Below, piece by piece: positions 47,799-59,300 of a stretch of 64,000 nucleotides of DNA. Source of the stretch: Fidelibacterota bacterium. Its GTDB lineage: Bacteria; Fidelibacterota; Marinisomatia; SCGC-AAA003-L08; TS1B11. The DNA is taken from assembly GCA_042568495.1 (NCBI GenBank), contig JBHPIW010000011.1, positions 8,586-72,585 of the forward strand, in the 5' to 3' direction. Positions within the stretch are counted from its first letter, which is position 1, and each line of letters begins with the position of its first letter. Under the pieces are notes generated by a model. That model was not told the origin of the DNA, ran no database searches, and saw only the letters and a program-made list of their open reading frames with translations. The translations under genes and the position numbers were made by a program.

Positions 47799-49055
47799 AT
47801 GAGCCGGACTGGCCGAGAAGAACACCGGGTTGTCGTGACCGGTCTGGGCGTGGTAAGCCCCATCGGTCTTGGCATTCAGGATTTCTGGGAGGCGCTGAAG
47901 ATCGGACAGAACGGTGTGGCCAGGGTTACTCATTTCGATCCCGCCGAATATCGCTCCCACATGGCGGCCGAGGTAAAGGAGTTCCATCCTGAAGAATGGA
48001 TCGAGCCGAGAATGGTTGATCGCATGGACCGGTTCACCCACTTTGGTGTGGCAGCATCCGCGATGGCCCTGGAAGATGCCGGCCTTGATACTGCACCTTT
48101 TGACCGAAACCGGGCTGGAGTCATCATCGGTTCCGGCATTGGAGGTTCGGACACGATACAAGAAGGCCATAGCAAGCTGGTCGAGAAAGGTCCCGGGGCC
48201 TTAAGCCCATTCTTTGTATCAAAGCTGCTTATAAACATGGCAACATCCATGGTCTCCATCATTTTCAAGTTGAAAGGGCCGGCATCCTCTCTTTCTTCTG
48301 CCTGCTCGACGAGCTCGAACACCATCGGCGATGCGTTTCGAATTATTCAACGGGGAGATGCAGATATCATGCTGGCTGGGGGAGCCGATGCCTCCATCAG
48401 CCCGCTGCCCTATGCGGGTTTCTGCGCGGCGCGGGCGATGTCAAAAAGGAATGATTGTGTTGAAAAAGCAAGTCGGCCGTTTGATAAAAACCGGGACGGA
48501 TTTGTCATGGGAGAGGGATCCGGAGTCGTGGTTTTAGAGCGGTTGGATCATGCCCTTAATCGAGACGCCGGCATTTACGCCGAACTTACCGGATATGGAA
48601 ATACCTCCGACGCCTTTCACTTTACGGCACCGGAACCTGAGGGTGACGGTATGGCCAGGTGTATGCAGGCGGCCTTGAGAGACGCGGGTATCGAACCGCG
48701 GGAGGTAGGATACATCAACGCGCACGGTACATCGACGCCCTTGAATGACAAGACCGAAAGTATCGCCATTATGAAAGTATTCGGTGAACATGCAACGGAT
48801 CTGAAGATAAGTTCAAACAAGTCGATGATCGGCCACCTGCTTTCCGCAGCGGGAGCTGTGGAATTTGCATCCACGGTGATGAGTCTTCAAACAGGCTTGG
48901 TGCCACCGACGATCAACTACGAGGAGCCCGATCCGGATTGTCCTCTCGATTACGTGACCGGTGGTGTGGAAGAGATCGAACCAGATGTGGCCATTAGCAA
49001 TTCCTTCGGCTTTGGTGGGGGAAACGTTTGCCTTGTGGTCAATAAATATGGATAG
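47799..49055 (+). CDS. fabF: 3-oxoacyl-ACP synthase II
   Basis: RVVVTGLGVVSPIG..., active-site Cys (SSACSTSSNTIGDAF) and His-His (NAHGTSTPLND...IGHLLSAAG) motifs. Confidence 0.85.
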   Translation: MSRTGREEHRVVVTGLGVVSPIGLGIQDFWEALKIGQNGVARVTHFDPAEYRSHMAAEVKEFHPEEWIEPRMVDRMDRFTHFGVAASAMALEDAGLDTAPFDRNRAGVIIGSGIGGSDTIQEGHSKLVEKGPGALSPFFVSKLLINMATSMVSIIFKLKGPASSLSSACSTSSNTIGDAFRIIQRGDADIMLAGGADASISPLPYAGFCAARAMSKRNDCVEKASRPFDKNRDGFVMGEGSGVVVLERLDHALNRDAGIYAELTGYGNTSDAFHFTAPEPEGDGMARCMQAALRDAGIEPREVGYINAHGTSTPLNDKTESIAIMKVFGEHATDLKISSNKSMIGHLLSAAGAVEFASTVMSLQTGLVPPTINYEEPDPDCPLDYVTGGVEEIEPDVAISNSFGFGGGNVCLVVNKYG

Positions 49056-49058
49056 CAT

Positions 49059-50126
49059 ATGACGATTCCCAAGTTACAAATAGGAAATATGACCGCAGAT
49101 GTGCCAATTGTGCAGGGGGCTATGGGTGTACGTGTTTCCCTTTCTTCCCTGGTCTCCGCTGTAGCCAATGAAGGGGGGATTGGTACTATTGCCAGCGTCG
49201 GTTTAGGTGACCTGGATGCCTTGGAACAAACATTCGAGAAAGAATGCCGGGAAAATCTGGTAAAAGAGATTCATAAGGCCAGGGAAAAATCTAATGGCAA
49301 CATCGCCGTCAACGTTATGGCTGCGCTCAGCAACGCCGACGACTTGATCAAGGCCGCCATCGGAGCAGGAGTAGAGATGATTGTGGTGGGTGCGGGCCTC
49401 CCACTCAAGCTCCCTCGCCTAGTGGAGAATAATTCTGTGAACCTGGTTCCTATTGTCAGCTCCCATAGGGCTGCAGATTTGATTCTGGGTACCTGGGGCA
49501 AGCGTTTCGACCGGACTGCTGATGCAGTTATTCTTGAGGGGCCGCTAGCTGGGGGACACCTGGGTTTCTCCAAGGAGCAGCTGCTCCAACCAGACAAGTA
49601 TTCCCTTGAGATACTTTTACCCCAGGTGCTTGAGGTTCTGAAGCCTTATGAGGATAGATTCGGAAGGAAAATCCCGGTAATAGCTGCCGGTGGCATTTAT
49701 ACGGGACAAGACATCGCCAGGATGCTGTCCCTGGGGGCTTCAGGGGTTCAGATGGCCACCCGTTTCGTCGGCACCGTTGAGTGCGGCGTGTCCCAGGAGT
49801 TCAAACAGGCTTATCTGGACGCCAAAGAAGAGGATATTACCCTCATTCAAAGCCCGGTGGGCCTGCCCGGCAGGGCAATAAGGAACAAATTCTTACGAGA
49901 CCTGGAGATCGAAGGCAGATTCAAGGACAAATGCCCCTACAAGTGCCTTACAAGCTGCAAAATTGGCGAGGCGAAATATTGTATCGCGAAAGCCCTCCTC
50001 AATTCCTACTTTGGCGACGTCGATCACGGACTCATCTTTGCCGGACACAATGCCTATCGCGTCAACAGGATAATGACGGTAAAGGATTTATTCGCAGAGC
50101 TTCTTCAGGAATTAGCAGCAGCGTAA
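49059..50126 (+). CDS. fabK: Enoyl-ACP reductase II / nitronate monooxygenase family (FabK-like FMN TIM barrel)
   Basis: PIVQGAMGVRVS...ANEGGIGTIAS and the NPD-family pattern, starting 4 nt after fabF. The functional assignment rests on that context. Confidence 0.65.
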   Translation: MTIPKLQIGNMTADVPIVQGAMGVRVSLSSLVSAVANEGGIGTIASVGLGDLDALEQTFEKECRENLVKEIHKAREKSNGNIAVNVMAALSNADDLIKAAIGAGVEMIVVGAGLPLKLPRLVENNSVNLVPIVSSHRAADLILGTWGKRFDRTADAVILEGPLAGGHLGFSKEQLLQPDKYSLEILLPQVLEVLKPYEDRFGRKIPVIAAGGIYTGQDIARMLSLGASGVQMATRFVGTVECGVSQEFKQAYLDAKEEDITLIQSPVGLPGRAIRNKFLRDLEIEGRFKDKCPYKCLTSCKIGEAKYCIAKALLNSYFGDVDHGLIFAGHNAYRVNRIMTVKDLFAELLQELAAA

Positions 50127-50372
50127 ATAGAATTCCCAGATTATCGCCGGGAACATCTGACCATGCCCCCATGCCAAGTCAGGATTGGGGGGTTCCCGTA
50201 TACAGCGGAATCCAATCCGTGGGTCAGGGGATGGGGGAAACAGGATGCAACTAATCCAGTCATGAGGGGGAATTACACTCTGTCACCGTTACAGGCACAC
50301 TATCAGGTTTCAAAGACCTGGTATGTTTCATCATAAATCATAGTTATCCAGAAAAAATTAGATAGGATCAAT

Positions 50373-50756
50373 ATGGCGATAAAAATTGACAAGCCAACTA
50401 TTATTGAAGCAGTTGGTAACAAGCCCAAGGTAATCGAGGAATACATTGGTTGTGTTAATTCACAGACGTCTGATGTAAGTATCGCGCGTATGAAAAGTCC
50501 GGCCGGTTGGGAGGAACCGGGGCAGAAGCCGGAATTCGATGAATATACAGTCGTCTTGCGAGGGCTGCTGCGTATAAGGACGAAAGAGAAAGAATTGGAC
50601 ATTCAGGCTGGGGAAGCAGTGATCGTGAATAAAAATGAATGGGTACGATACAGTTCACCTAATGAGGATGGTGCAGAATATATATCTGTCTGTTTACCGG
50701 CATTTTCGCCAGACACAGTTCATAGAGACGATAGCCAGGAAGGACAATCGACGTAA
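50373..50756 (+). CDS. Cupin-fold small protein (hypothetical)
   Basis: Size and beta-rich pattern (...DEYTVVLRGLLRIRTKEKELDIQAGEAVIVNKNEWVRY...) are consistent with a cupin. Low certainty. Confidence 0.4.
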   Translation: MAIKIDKPTIIEAVGNKPKVIEEYIGCVNSQTSDVSIARMKSPAGWEEPGQKPEFDEYTVVLRGLLRIRTKEKELDIQAGEAVIVNKNEWVRYSSPNEDGAEYISVCLPAFSPDTVHRDDSQEGQST

Positions 50757-51082
50757 CAAGCTGCTCGACGGAGTAACGGATCAGAGCCTTCTGACTATTT
50801 GAGGTAAAGAACTAAGCGATACAATTCGCCGTGACCAGGTTCAGATCACACCTTGCTGTATTCCGGAGGCGTCTCCAACCGAGTGATGGCAATACCGGAA
50901 AATAATTCTCGACTTTTGTTTCATGTGGTTGTCTCGGATGGCGCGCGATGGCAGGTGAAGCTACTGTGATCTCGCTCACGCTTGAGAATTATCCGGGATA
51001 TTCAATAGTCAATGCGAGAGTTGCTGATTAATATTGGGCCTGTTTATCTAAATCCCATTATTCCTTAAAGGAGCACCAGGAA

Positions 51083-51631
51083 TTGAGTCTGTTTGAATTT
51101 GTCATGGTACTGACCTCGATTCTCATCGGTTTGGGAATCGCGGAGCTGCTCAACGGGGTGGTCAGAATGCTCCGTTCGGATTTCAAGGAGCGTTATTATC
51201 TGCCCCAGATATTCTGGGCTATGTTCCTGTTATTACACCTGATCATCATATGGTGGAGTCGGTGGGATTTGCGCGATACTCTACAATGGAACTTTCTTCA
51301 GCTGCTTCTTTCCCTGACGGCGCCGGTGCTTATCTTCATCCTGGCGAGTCTTATTTTCCCCGAGAAGGTCAATGCCCGCATCCACTTCTTCCGTCACCGC
51401 CGCATATTTTTCTCACTGCTCACCGTGATCCTGGTCGTGGATATCATACACGAAACTGTCGTTGAGGGCACCGCTTTCTTCTCGTGGGATATCCTGCTGC
51501 CGGGACTGATCCTGGCCGCGATTCTCTGGGCCCGGTTTTCAAAGAATGATGCTGTTCATTACCTCACCTCAGTAATGTCTTTCTCACTGCTGACACTGTT
51601 CGTCTTTATCAACACCTACCTGCTTGCCTGA
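51083..51631 (+). CDS. Hypothetical integral membrane protein (about 5 TM)
   Basis: Hydrophobic helices throughout. It lies immediately upstream of the ECF sigma gene on the same strand. Confidence 0.4.
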   Translation: MSLFEFVMVLTSILIGLGIAELLNGVVRMLRSDFKERYYLPQIFWAMFLLLHLIIIWWSRWDLRDTLQWNFLQLLLSLTAPVLIFILASLIFPEKVNARIHFFRHRRIFFSLLTVILVVDIIHETVVEGTAFFSWDILLPGLILAAILWARFSKNDAVHYLTSVMSFSLLTLFVFINTYLLA

Positions 51632-51716
51632 TCGTTTGTGGCCTCCTCCAATTGCCACATTATGGGAAAAGTCATTTATCAGCCGGCCTTGAAACTTGGG
51701 AGATGCCCTTAGATAG

Positions 51717-52262
51717 ATGGGGTTCGAACCGACGGATGCAGATGTTGCCGAACAGATCCGCGTTGGCGATGAATCGGCTTTTCGTGCGCTCTTTAATGCC
51801 TACGCAGAACCACTGCTTGATTTTGCCTTTGGCTTCGTCGGGGATGAACAGATCTGCGAAGATATCGTGCAGGAGGTATTTGTCAATATTTGGCAACACC
51901 GGGCCCGGTTGAATCCCGAATTGTCCCTGAAAGCATATCTGTACAAATCAGTACGAAACCAGTCGCTTAAGGTTCTAAGGCATGCAAAAGTCGAACGTGC
52001 TGCAGAGGGATACCTTCAATCGCTTTATTACACGACAGATAACCCTGAAGAGGAATTAAATCATGCAGAACAGACGGTGTTGTTGGACCGGACCATCCGA
52101 CAACTGCCGGAAAGCTGCCGTACAATTTTTCTGATGAGCAAGTTCGACGGCCTGTCCTATAGGGAAATCGCCCATACTCTGGATATATCTATCAATACGG
52201 TAAAAACCCAAATGGGACGTGCCTTCACAGCCCTTCGCCGGAATCTCTTTCCAAAAAGATAA
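51717..52262 (+). CDS. ECF (group 4) sigma-70 factor, FecI-like
   Basis: Region 2 (ICEDIVQEVFVNIWQHRARLNPELSLKAYLYKSVRNQSL) and region 4 (LPESCRTIFLMSKFDGLSYREIAHTLDISINTVKTQMGRA). Confidence 0.75.
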   Translation: MGFEPTDADVAEQIRVGDESAFRALFNAYAEPLLDFAFGFVGDEQICEDIVQEVFVNIWQHRARLNPELSLKAYLYKSVRNQSLKVLRHAKVERAAEGYLQSLYYTTDNPEEELNHAEQTVLLDRTIRQLPESCRTIFLMSKFDGLSYREIAHTLDISINTVKTQMGRAFTALRRNLFPKR

Positions 52263-52314
52263 TCGTCCCACTACGGGATCAAGTCAGATGTCTCGCACTG
52301 AATTGGGAGTGTGA

Positions 52315-55002
52315 TCATCGATTCCATTCCCAGGTAATACCAAGCGACGGCAGCCGGGGAAACCAGTACTCATTTTCCGTGTAGATGACTGCCTGACCAG
52401 ATTGATCCATATAATCGTCATATTTAATGGTTCGTAGATTTTTAAAGTCTAACAGGTTAATCACCTGGAGGTATAGGGTTATCTGGCTACTGCGCAGTTG
52501 GATATTGCGGTTGATCCGCAGATCAACCCGTGAATAGGGATCATAGTTATCCCGGTTGTAAACGCTGAAGTCCTGACCCAGTCTGATTCCACCCTCAGGC
52601 GGCGTCTCCAGGAATTCCTCCAGATCAATATAGGGTAATCCCGAATGGGACTGATAGGCCAGATTCACCTGCCAGTCAGGATTGGGCCGGAAATTCAGAT
52701 CAAGATAGAACGTATGCCGCTGATCGTAGATATTCGGGTGAATAGTGAAACCTTGGGTATACATCGAATCTCGAAACACCAGGTTATTAATATTATCGTC
52801 AAAATAGACCCGCGCATAGCTGGCCCACCAGGAAACCTTGCCACCGCGGTCGTATTTCCAATAGAATTCAATCCCTTTGAAGCTAGCTCCATTCAGGTTC
52901 AATTGGTATCGATCACCTTCCAGCTCGGGGAATTGTATATGGTTGGACCCATTCCGGTATTTAGGCTGGAGGTGAGTCATTTTCTTATAATAGGTTTCCA
53001 CGCGAAAACTCATGCCGTTATTCTGAATTTGTTCGAACCCGGCCACCCAGTGCTCGGCCATTTCGGGGGGGAGGAAATTGTCTTCGCCGTCTTCTACGCG
53101 GATCTCGTGAATCCCGTCATTCTGGTAAAAATAACCCCAACCGGCACGAAAGAAGGTTTGTTCGGCCAGTGTCCAGACCAGATTCAATCTGGGACTTAGT
53201 TTGTTCGTATTGCTATAGCCGATGGCGTCAAATCGTAAGCCGATTTCCAGGACCAGCGGATCAAGGAATTTCAAGCGGTTCGACATGTGGGCGCTATATG
53301 AATTCCCTTTAGGATTCAGTATCGAATGGGCTGTGCGCTCATAGGTCACAACACTGTCACTGTTGATCCGGTCTTCATCAACTGTATGGAGATCGTAGCG
53401 ATAATCCGATTCATGGTGTTGGATGCTCATGCCGGCCTTGATATGCCAGCGATCTGAAAATTGCACATTCCAGTTTTGCCGGAGGCCGAATACGGTTGCA
53501 TCTCTACGGTCCACCATAGAAAAGGTCTCGGTCTGGTCGTAATTTGTTTCTTCAGATTCGCGACGGCGGCTCAGATTTCCAACCGACACTACCGCTTGGG
53601 AAAAGAGTCTGGGGAGAGGATTCGATCTATAGTTTATCCATCCGTAGGTATTGCCGAATTTCGTCTCACCCACTTTTTCTCTGTAGTTCAAAAAATCATT
53701 GTATTCGACATATTCCGTTTGGTCGCCGGCGTGGAGAAAATGGACGGAGAGTTGGTGCTTTCGGTCCAGTTGATAGTCCAATTTACCGTGGATATCATAG
53801 TATACCGGCCGGGGAACATCTTCCTCGTCTGCGCCCACTATATCCAGGAGAATGTCCAGGAAACCTCTTCTCATTGATAGAAACCAGGCTCCTTGAGTGC
53901 CACCATCGAATGTCCCCTCTGACCTGTAAAAGGTATTCGTCATACTCAATCCCAGGGATGTTTGGCTGCTGCCCTGGGATGGCCGTATCGTTTTCATGGT
54001 TAACACACCACTCATACGGTTGCCATATTCCGCCGGAAATCCTCCCGTGAGCAGATCGACGCCTTCTATGACACCCACATCGATAAAGCTGAAAGCACCG
54101 CCAGCGACGTCCTTCAGATGAAACGGCTCGTAAATCTCTACCCCGTCCAGCAAGACCAGGATCTCCTCATTCTCGCCACCACGAACGGTAAATTTGGCCG
54201 AAAAATCGTTGGCACCAACGCCCGGTAAACGGGTCAGTGCACGATAAACATCATCGCCGAACGTGATATTCTGCATATCCTCGTGGGTAAGAGTCTGCTG
54301 CATGGTTGGTCCCTTGCCCATGATGGAGAATAGACCCGGCGTAACCGTGATTTCCTGTAACAGGATCTGCCGCGGCTTCAATTCTACGGTTAAATCGGGA
54401 GTTGTATTCGAATTCGAGAGGTAGGTAACCACCTTCCGGGTTTCGTAGCCGATATACTCAAGTTGCAGGATCTGGAATCCCTCGGGGGCTCTCAATACAG
54501 TAAAATGCCCCGTCGAATCACTTACGCACCCGATATGCGTGCCCAGAATAGAGATATTGGTACCGGTCAGCGGCGCTTTTGTTTCCTGATCCAGTACCTG
54601 ACCGGAGATGGACGCGTTATGATCACGTCTGGCCGGAACCACAGCCAGCTCCTCATCGGGTGTCACTATCAGTGTTGTTCGGGTTCGCTGCAGCAGCACG
54701 AACAGAATCTCGAACACCGGAATGTTTTCCATGTCGAGGGTTACGATCTGATCAACGGGGATTCGATTCCGGTTGTAGTTCAACTTGAAATTGCCCCTGT
54801 CGGCGATGATTCCCAAGGCCTCCCCATAGGTGACCCGGTTCAGGTCTATCGATATGGAATCCGTGAGAGATGCCGGAATAGTATGCCAGTCGTACTCATC
54901 AATCAGGGCAATGCCAAAATCTCCTTCTGAAATTGCTGGCGAGATCATGATTACCCATAACAGCAGGGAGCAGGTGATCTTGCTTATATGAATATTGGAC
55001 AT
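52315..55002 (-). CDS. TonB-dependent receptor/transducer with N-terminal signalling (STN-like) extension and a carboxypeptidase-regulatory-like domain (SusC/FecA-like)
   Basis: 895 aa. N-terminal extension before the CarbopepD_reg-like segment (ISGQVLDQETKAPLTGTNISILG...), a plug, and a C-terminal barrel ending ...GITWEWNR. Immediately downstream of fecR. Confidence 0.8.
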   Translation of the reverse strand: MSNIHISKITCSLLLWVIMISPAISEGDFGIALIDEYDWHTIPASLTDSISIDLNRVTYGEALGIIADRGNFKLNYNRNRIPVDQIVTLDMENIPVFEILFVLLQRTRTTLIVTPDEELAVVPARRDHNASISGQVLDQETKAPLTGTNISILGTHIGCVSDSTGHFTVLRAPEGFQILQLEYIGYETRKVVTYLSNSNTTPDLTVELKPRQILLQEITVTPGLFSIMGKGPTMQQTLTHEDMQNITFGDDVYRALTRLPGVGANDFSAKFTVRGGENEEILVLLDGVEIYEPFHLKDVAGGAFSFIDVGVIEGVDLLTGGFPAEYGNRMSGVLTMKTIRPSQGSSQTSLGLSMTNTFYRSEGTFDGGTQGAWFLSMRRGFLDILLDIVGADEEDVPRPVYYDIHGKLDYQLDRKHQLSVHFLHAGDQTEYVEYNDFLNYREKVGETKFGNTYGWINYRSNPLPRLFSQAVVSVGNLSRRRESEETNYDQTETFSMVDRRDATVFGLRQNWNVQFSDRWHIKAGMSIQHHESDYRYDLHTVDEDRINSDSVVTYERTAHSILNPKGNSYSAHMSNRLKFLDPLVLEIGLRFDAIGYSNTNKLSPRLNLVWTLAEQTFFRAGWGYFYQNDGIHEIRVEDGEDNFLPPEMAEHWVAGFEQIQNNGMSFRVETYYKKMTHLQPKYRNGSNHIQFPELEGDRYQLNLNGASFKGIEFYWKYDRGGKVSWWASYARVYFDDNINNLVFRDSMYTQGFTIHPNIYDQRHTFYLDLNFRPNPDWQVNLAYQSHSGLPYIDLEEFLETPPEGGIRLGQDFSVYNRDNYDPYSRVDLRINRNIQLRSSQITLYLQVINLLDFKNLRTIKYDDYMDQSGQAVIYTENEYWFPRLPSLGITWEWNR

Positions 55003-55050
55003 CCTAAATGTGTTCCTATTATTGGCACAGATTTTTTCGCCGGGTTCATT

Positions 55051-56070
55051 TTATTCGGAAGCGGACAGGTGTATTATGCTGTCGGAGCGTTCATAATTCA
55101 GGTCGGTCAGTAATGTGATCATCTCCAGGATCGAATCAATGGACTTCTTTTGTGTATGCAGGGTCAGTCGTTCTGAAGCCAGGACGGAACTTGCGAGTGT
55201 GAATTTCACGTCATACCAGCGTTCCAGATGGAACAGGATCTCCTCCAGGGATACGTTGTCAAATCCCAGATCATGATCAAGCCAGGCCAGATACTTGGCC
55301 GGGTCCACGTCGTGTGGGGATTGTATCATCCCATTTTCCAGAACGGCCGCCGCCTGGCCGCCGGTGATGATCATTGCATCGATCCCTCGACCGCGAGCCG
55401 GACGTAAGGATACTCGGCCTTCCGCAACCGCGACTCTGACGGCGCGGTCCAGTTCCCAGCTGCGTACCGTAAATTTGGTACCGAGAACCTGGACGACCGC
55501 GTGATCAGTGCGGATGATGAAGGGCTTCGACGCATCCGGCGCTACCTCGAAATAGCCCTCTCCGTACAGCGAAACCTCCCTCGTTTTTGCCTTAAATCGG
55601 ATTGGGTAGGAGAAGGAACTCCCCGCATCCAGGGTTACAACGGTACCATCGCTCAAGGTAAGTTTTTCCTGGGCACCATGCTGCACCTTGAGCGTGGTAG
55701 GGGTCCCATGCAGCAGCGAATCAGATGTTACTAGAAATGAAAAAAGTCCCAATGAGATCGCAAGCAGTCCGCTGGCCATGACCAGCACCAACCTGGATTG
55801 TCTGGCGGTAGAAGACAGAGGGAATTGGCTCTCCCCCGGAGTTGGCAGCTGCTGAACTCCGGCTGCGTCGCGGATCTTCAGCCACAGCTTGTTCTTGTCC
55901 CAGAGATTCGGCCGTCTTATTCCAGGGGTCCAGGCCTTCGCAATATCGTCCATGGTCTCCCGATATTCAGGATTCGATTGCAGCCAGAGTTCCACTTCTC
56001 TGAGCTCTTCCTCACTGCATTCACCGGACAAATAGCTGGCGAGCAATTGATCATCTGGAAGGCTTTTCAT
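55051..56070 (-). CDS. FecR-family anti-sigma factor / transmembrane sensor
   Basis: Cytoplasmic N-domain (LLASYLSGECSEEELREVELWL), a single TM, and a periplasmic FecR domain (...VVQVLGTKFTVRS...). Confidence 0.75.
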   Translation of the reverse strand: MKSLPDDQLLASYLSGECSEEELREVELWLQSNPEYRETMDDIAKAWTPGIRRPNLWDKNKLWLKIRDAAGVQQLPTPGESQFPLSSTARQSRLVLVMASGLLAISLGLFSFLVTSDSLLHGTPTTLKVQHGAQEKLTLSDGTVVTLDAGSSFSYPIRFKAKTREVSLYGEGYFEVAPDASKPFIIRTDHAVVQVLGTKFTVRSWELDRAVRVAVAEGRVSLRPARGRGIDAMIITGGQAAAVLENGMIQSPHDVDPAKYLAWLDHDLGFDNVSLEEILFHLERWYDVKFTLASSVLASERLTLHTQKKSIDSILEMITLLTDLNYERSDSIIHLSASE

Positions 56071-56344
56071 AGTTCTTTTCTATCTCCTATCATGATCATT
56101 CTCTTGGGATCGTTTCTATACCTAATACCCTCACGTTCTCAATATGGGTGACAAGAAAACATCCAGATGTCTCTTTGGTAGGGATTCCGACCAAATCGGA
56201 TATCGGTTACTTTTTTACTTTGTGATTTCCACCATGGATTTCACCTGGTTTGTAGAGCTATATTGGAAGTGGACGCAACGCACCTGAAACGAGGGGAAAA
56301 CCGTATCCTATGATTGGCAATGTCAATCTGGAGCACAGGACAGT

Positions 56345-59300
56345 ATGAACACCGAAAACTTCGCGAAATTCTCAAAAGAATCGGCTCAAGGCTACCAGGA
56401 TATTCTGGAAGGCATCGAAGAGGGCTATTTCGAGGTTGACCTGGCCGGCAATCTTACCTTTTTCAACGATTCCATGTGCCGAATCGCCGACCTCCCCAGG
56501 GAAAAACTTATGGGAATGAACAACCGGGATTATACAACCCCGGAGACTTCCCAGAAGATGTACCAGGCTTTTAACGATATCTACCGTACCGGCCTTTCGA
56601 CGAAGATCATGGACTATGAGATTATCAGGACCGACGGAACGATCAGGAATCTCGAGCTCTCGGCATCACTGATCCGGAATCATGATGGAGAACCGGTCGG
56701 GTATCGAGGGATTGTACGCGATACAACCGAGCGCGTGCAGTCTATGAAAGCCTTACAAGAGAGTGAGGAGAAGTTCAGGACGCTGTCCGAACAGTCTCCC
56801 AATATGATTTTCATCAATCAAGGTGGCAGGATTATCTACGCCAATAGCAAATGTGAAGAGATTATGGGCTATACCAAGGAGGATTTCTACTCGCCCGATT
56901 TCGATTTTCTTACCCTTATAGCTCCTGAATCCATCCAGACGGTAATGGAGGTTTATGCCAAACATCAACGGGGAGAAGACGTATCACCCTATGAGTGCAC
57001 ACTTGTCACCTTGGATGGGAGACGGATCTATGGTCATCATACGACCAAGCTAATCAACTTGGATGGTGAACCGGCCATCATGGGTATTATTACCGATCTG
57101 TCGGAGCGGAAGCAGGCAGAGGAAGAGCTGCAGAAATTTAAACTGGGAATTGAAAAGACCAGCGAAGCCGTATTCCTGACCGATCCTGATGGGACGATTC
57201 GCTACGTGAATCCCGCCTTTGAGAATATCTACGGTTTTACACGGGACGAAGCCATCGGCGAGACTCCGCGGATTGTAAAATCAGGTGAACATTCTCCGAA
57301 GTTATACAAACAATTCTGGGAGACTATCCTCGCGAAGAAAGTGGTTACAGGGGAGCTGATCAATAAAACCAAAAGCGGTGAGTTGATACATATCGAAGGA
57401 TCGGCGAATCCAATACTAAACAGGCAGGATGAGATTATTGGATTCCTGGCGATCCAGCGTGACATCACCGAACGAAAACGGCGAGCGCACGAGATCCAGA
57501 GACGTACCGAAGATGTCAGCTTGATAAACGATGTCAACAGCGCCCTCAATAGCGGGAAACCGTTGGGGGAGGTTATTGAACTCTTATCGGATCGGATCAA
57601 GGGAATGTACTCATCACTTGGTGTCAGGGGTGCCGCAGTGTTTCTTTTTGATGATACCCGCGAACACCTTGTTATGCAAAATCTCCCCTTGAGCACGAAA
57701 GTGATCCGCCAGCTCGACAAGATTATTGGCCGACCACTCCCGCAGTTCAAGATCAGCAATATCGCCGGTTCCCTGCACAACGAGGTGGTGGCGTCGGGCA
57801 AGACAAGGATGCTGGACGATGCGAGAACAATTAACCAATGGATGCGGGAATTCGTTACAGAGTCCTGGATCAGCAATCCGACGCTGCGCAATCAATTGAA
57901 GAAGTTTGCTCCCCAGATTCGGAAGCTATTGGGAATAGAGGCGACCCTCATTATCCCGCTCAGGATCGAAGATGAAACCGTGGGCTTACTAGAGATCTCC
58001 AGTGCACCCGCATTCGACGCTTATGACATCAAACACCTGGAATTGATTTCCAATCAGCTCACGGTCGCAATCCGACGTAAACAGATGGAAGACGCGCTGC
58101 GGGAAAGTGAGGAACGCTACCGCAGTATTGTCAACGCCTCGCCCATGGGGATTCACCTTTACCACCTGGATGAGCAGAACCAGTTGATATTTGAAGGAGC
58201 CAATCAGGCAGCCGACCAGATTCTCAATGTGGACCACTCCCAGTTTATGGGGAAAACCCTTGAAGAAGCCTTCCCCGGCAACGTCAAGACGAATCTTCCT
58301 GATGGCTATAGGCGAATCGCCAGGGAGGGCGGTTGTTGGGGCCGGGAAAATATTGTGTACCAGGATGATCAGATCTCTGGAGCGTTTGAGGTGCACGCTT
58401 TCCAGGTCGGTCCGAACAAGATAGCGATCTTATTCACCGATGTCACTGAGCGTAAGCAGAAAGAAGAAGCGCTGCGCCTGACACAATTCTCCGTGGACCA
58501 TTCCAGCGACGCCGCCTTCTGGATGGGGCAGGATGCACGATTCGTATATGTTAATGAGATCGCTTGTCGCTCCCTGGGCTATTCCCGGGACGAACTCCTG
58601 GGGATGACCGTGCATGATATTGATCCGGACTTTCCAGCGGAGGTGTGGCCTGAACACTGGGAGGATCTGAGGCGTGAAGGATCGCTTACGATGATATCTC
58701 AGCATCGCAAGAAAAATGGTCAGATCATCCCGGTTGAGATCACCGCCAACTTTGTCGAATATGGGGGAAATGAGTATAACTGTGCCTTTGCGCGGGACAT
58801 TACCGAACGTCTGGAGGCTGAAGAAGCCCTGCGCGAATCCGAACGGATGCTGCGGGAATTCCATGAAAATGCCATTGAAGGCATCTTCCGTACAACTACG
58901 GATGGCAGAGTGCTTTACACCAACGAAGCCATGGCCAGGATTTTTGGATATGACAGCATTGAGGAATTCAAGCAGATAAACGTGTTCGACCTGTATCAGG
59001 ATAAACAGGATCGAGCCCGGATACTTAAGGATCTGGAGTCTCTGGATTATCTCCAGAACCTCGAACTCCATCTGCGGCGCAGGGATGGCGCCGATGTCTG
59101 GGTACAAGAAAATGCCACCGCTGTCAGAGATGAAGAAGGGAATATACGCTGGATCGAGGGATTCCTCTCGGATATTACCTCCCGCAGGGAGGCGGAAGAA
59201 TCTCTCCGGGATAGGGAAGAGGAGCTACGCCAGTCCCAGAAAATGGAAGCCGTGGGTCACCTGGCTGGCGGGATCGCCCATGATTTCAACAATGTCCTTA

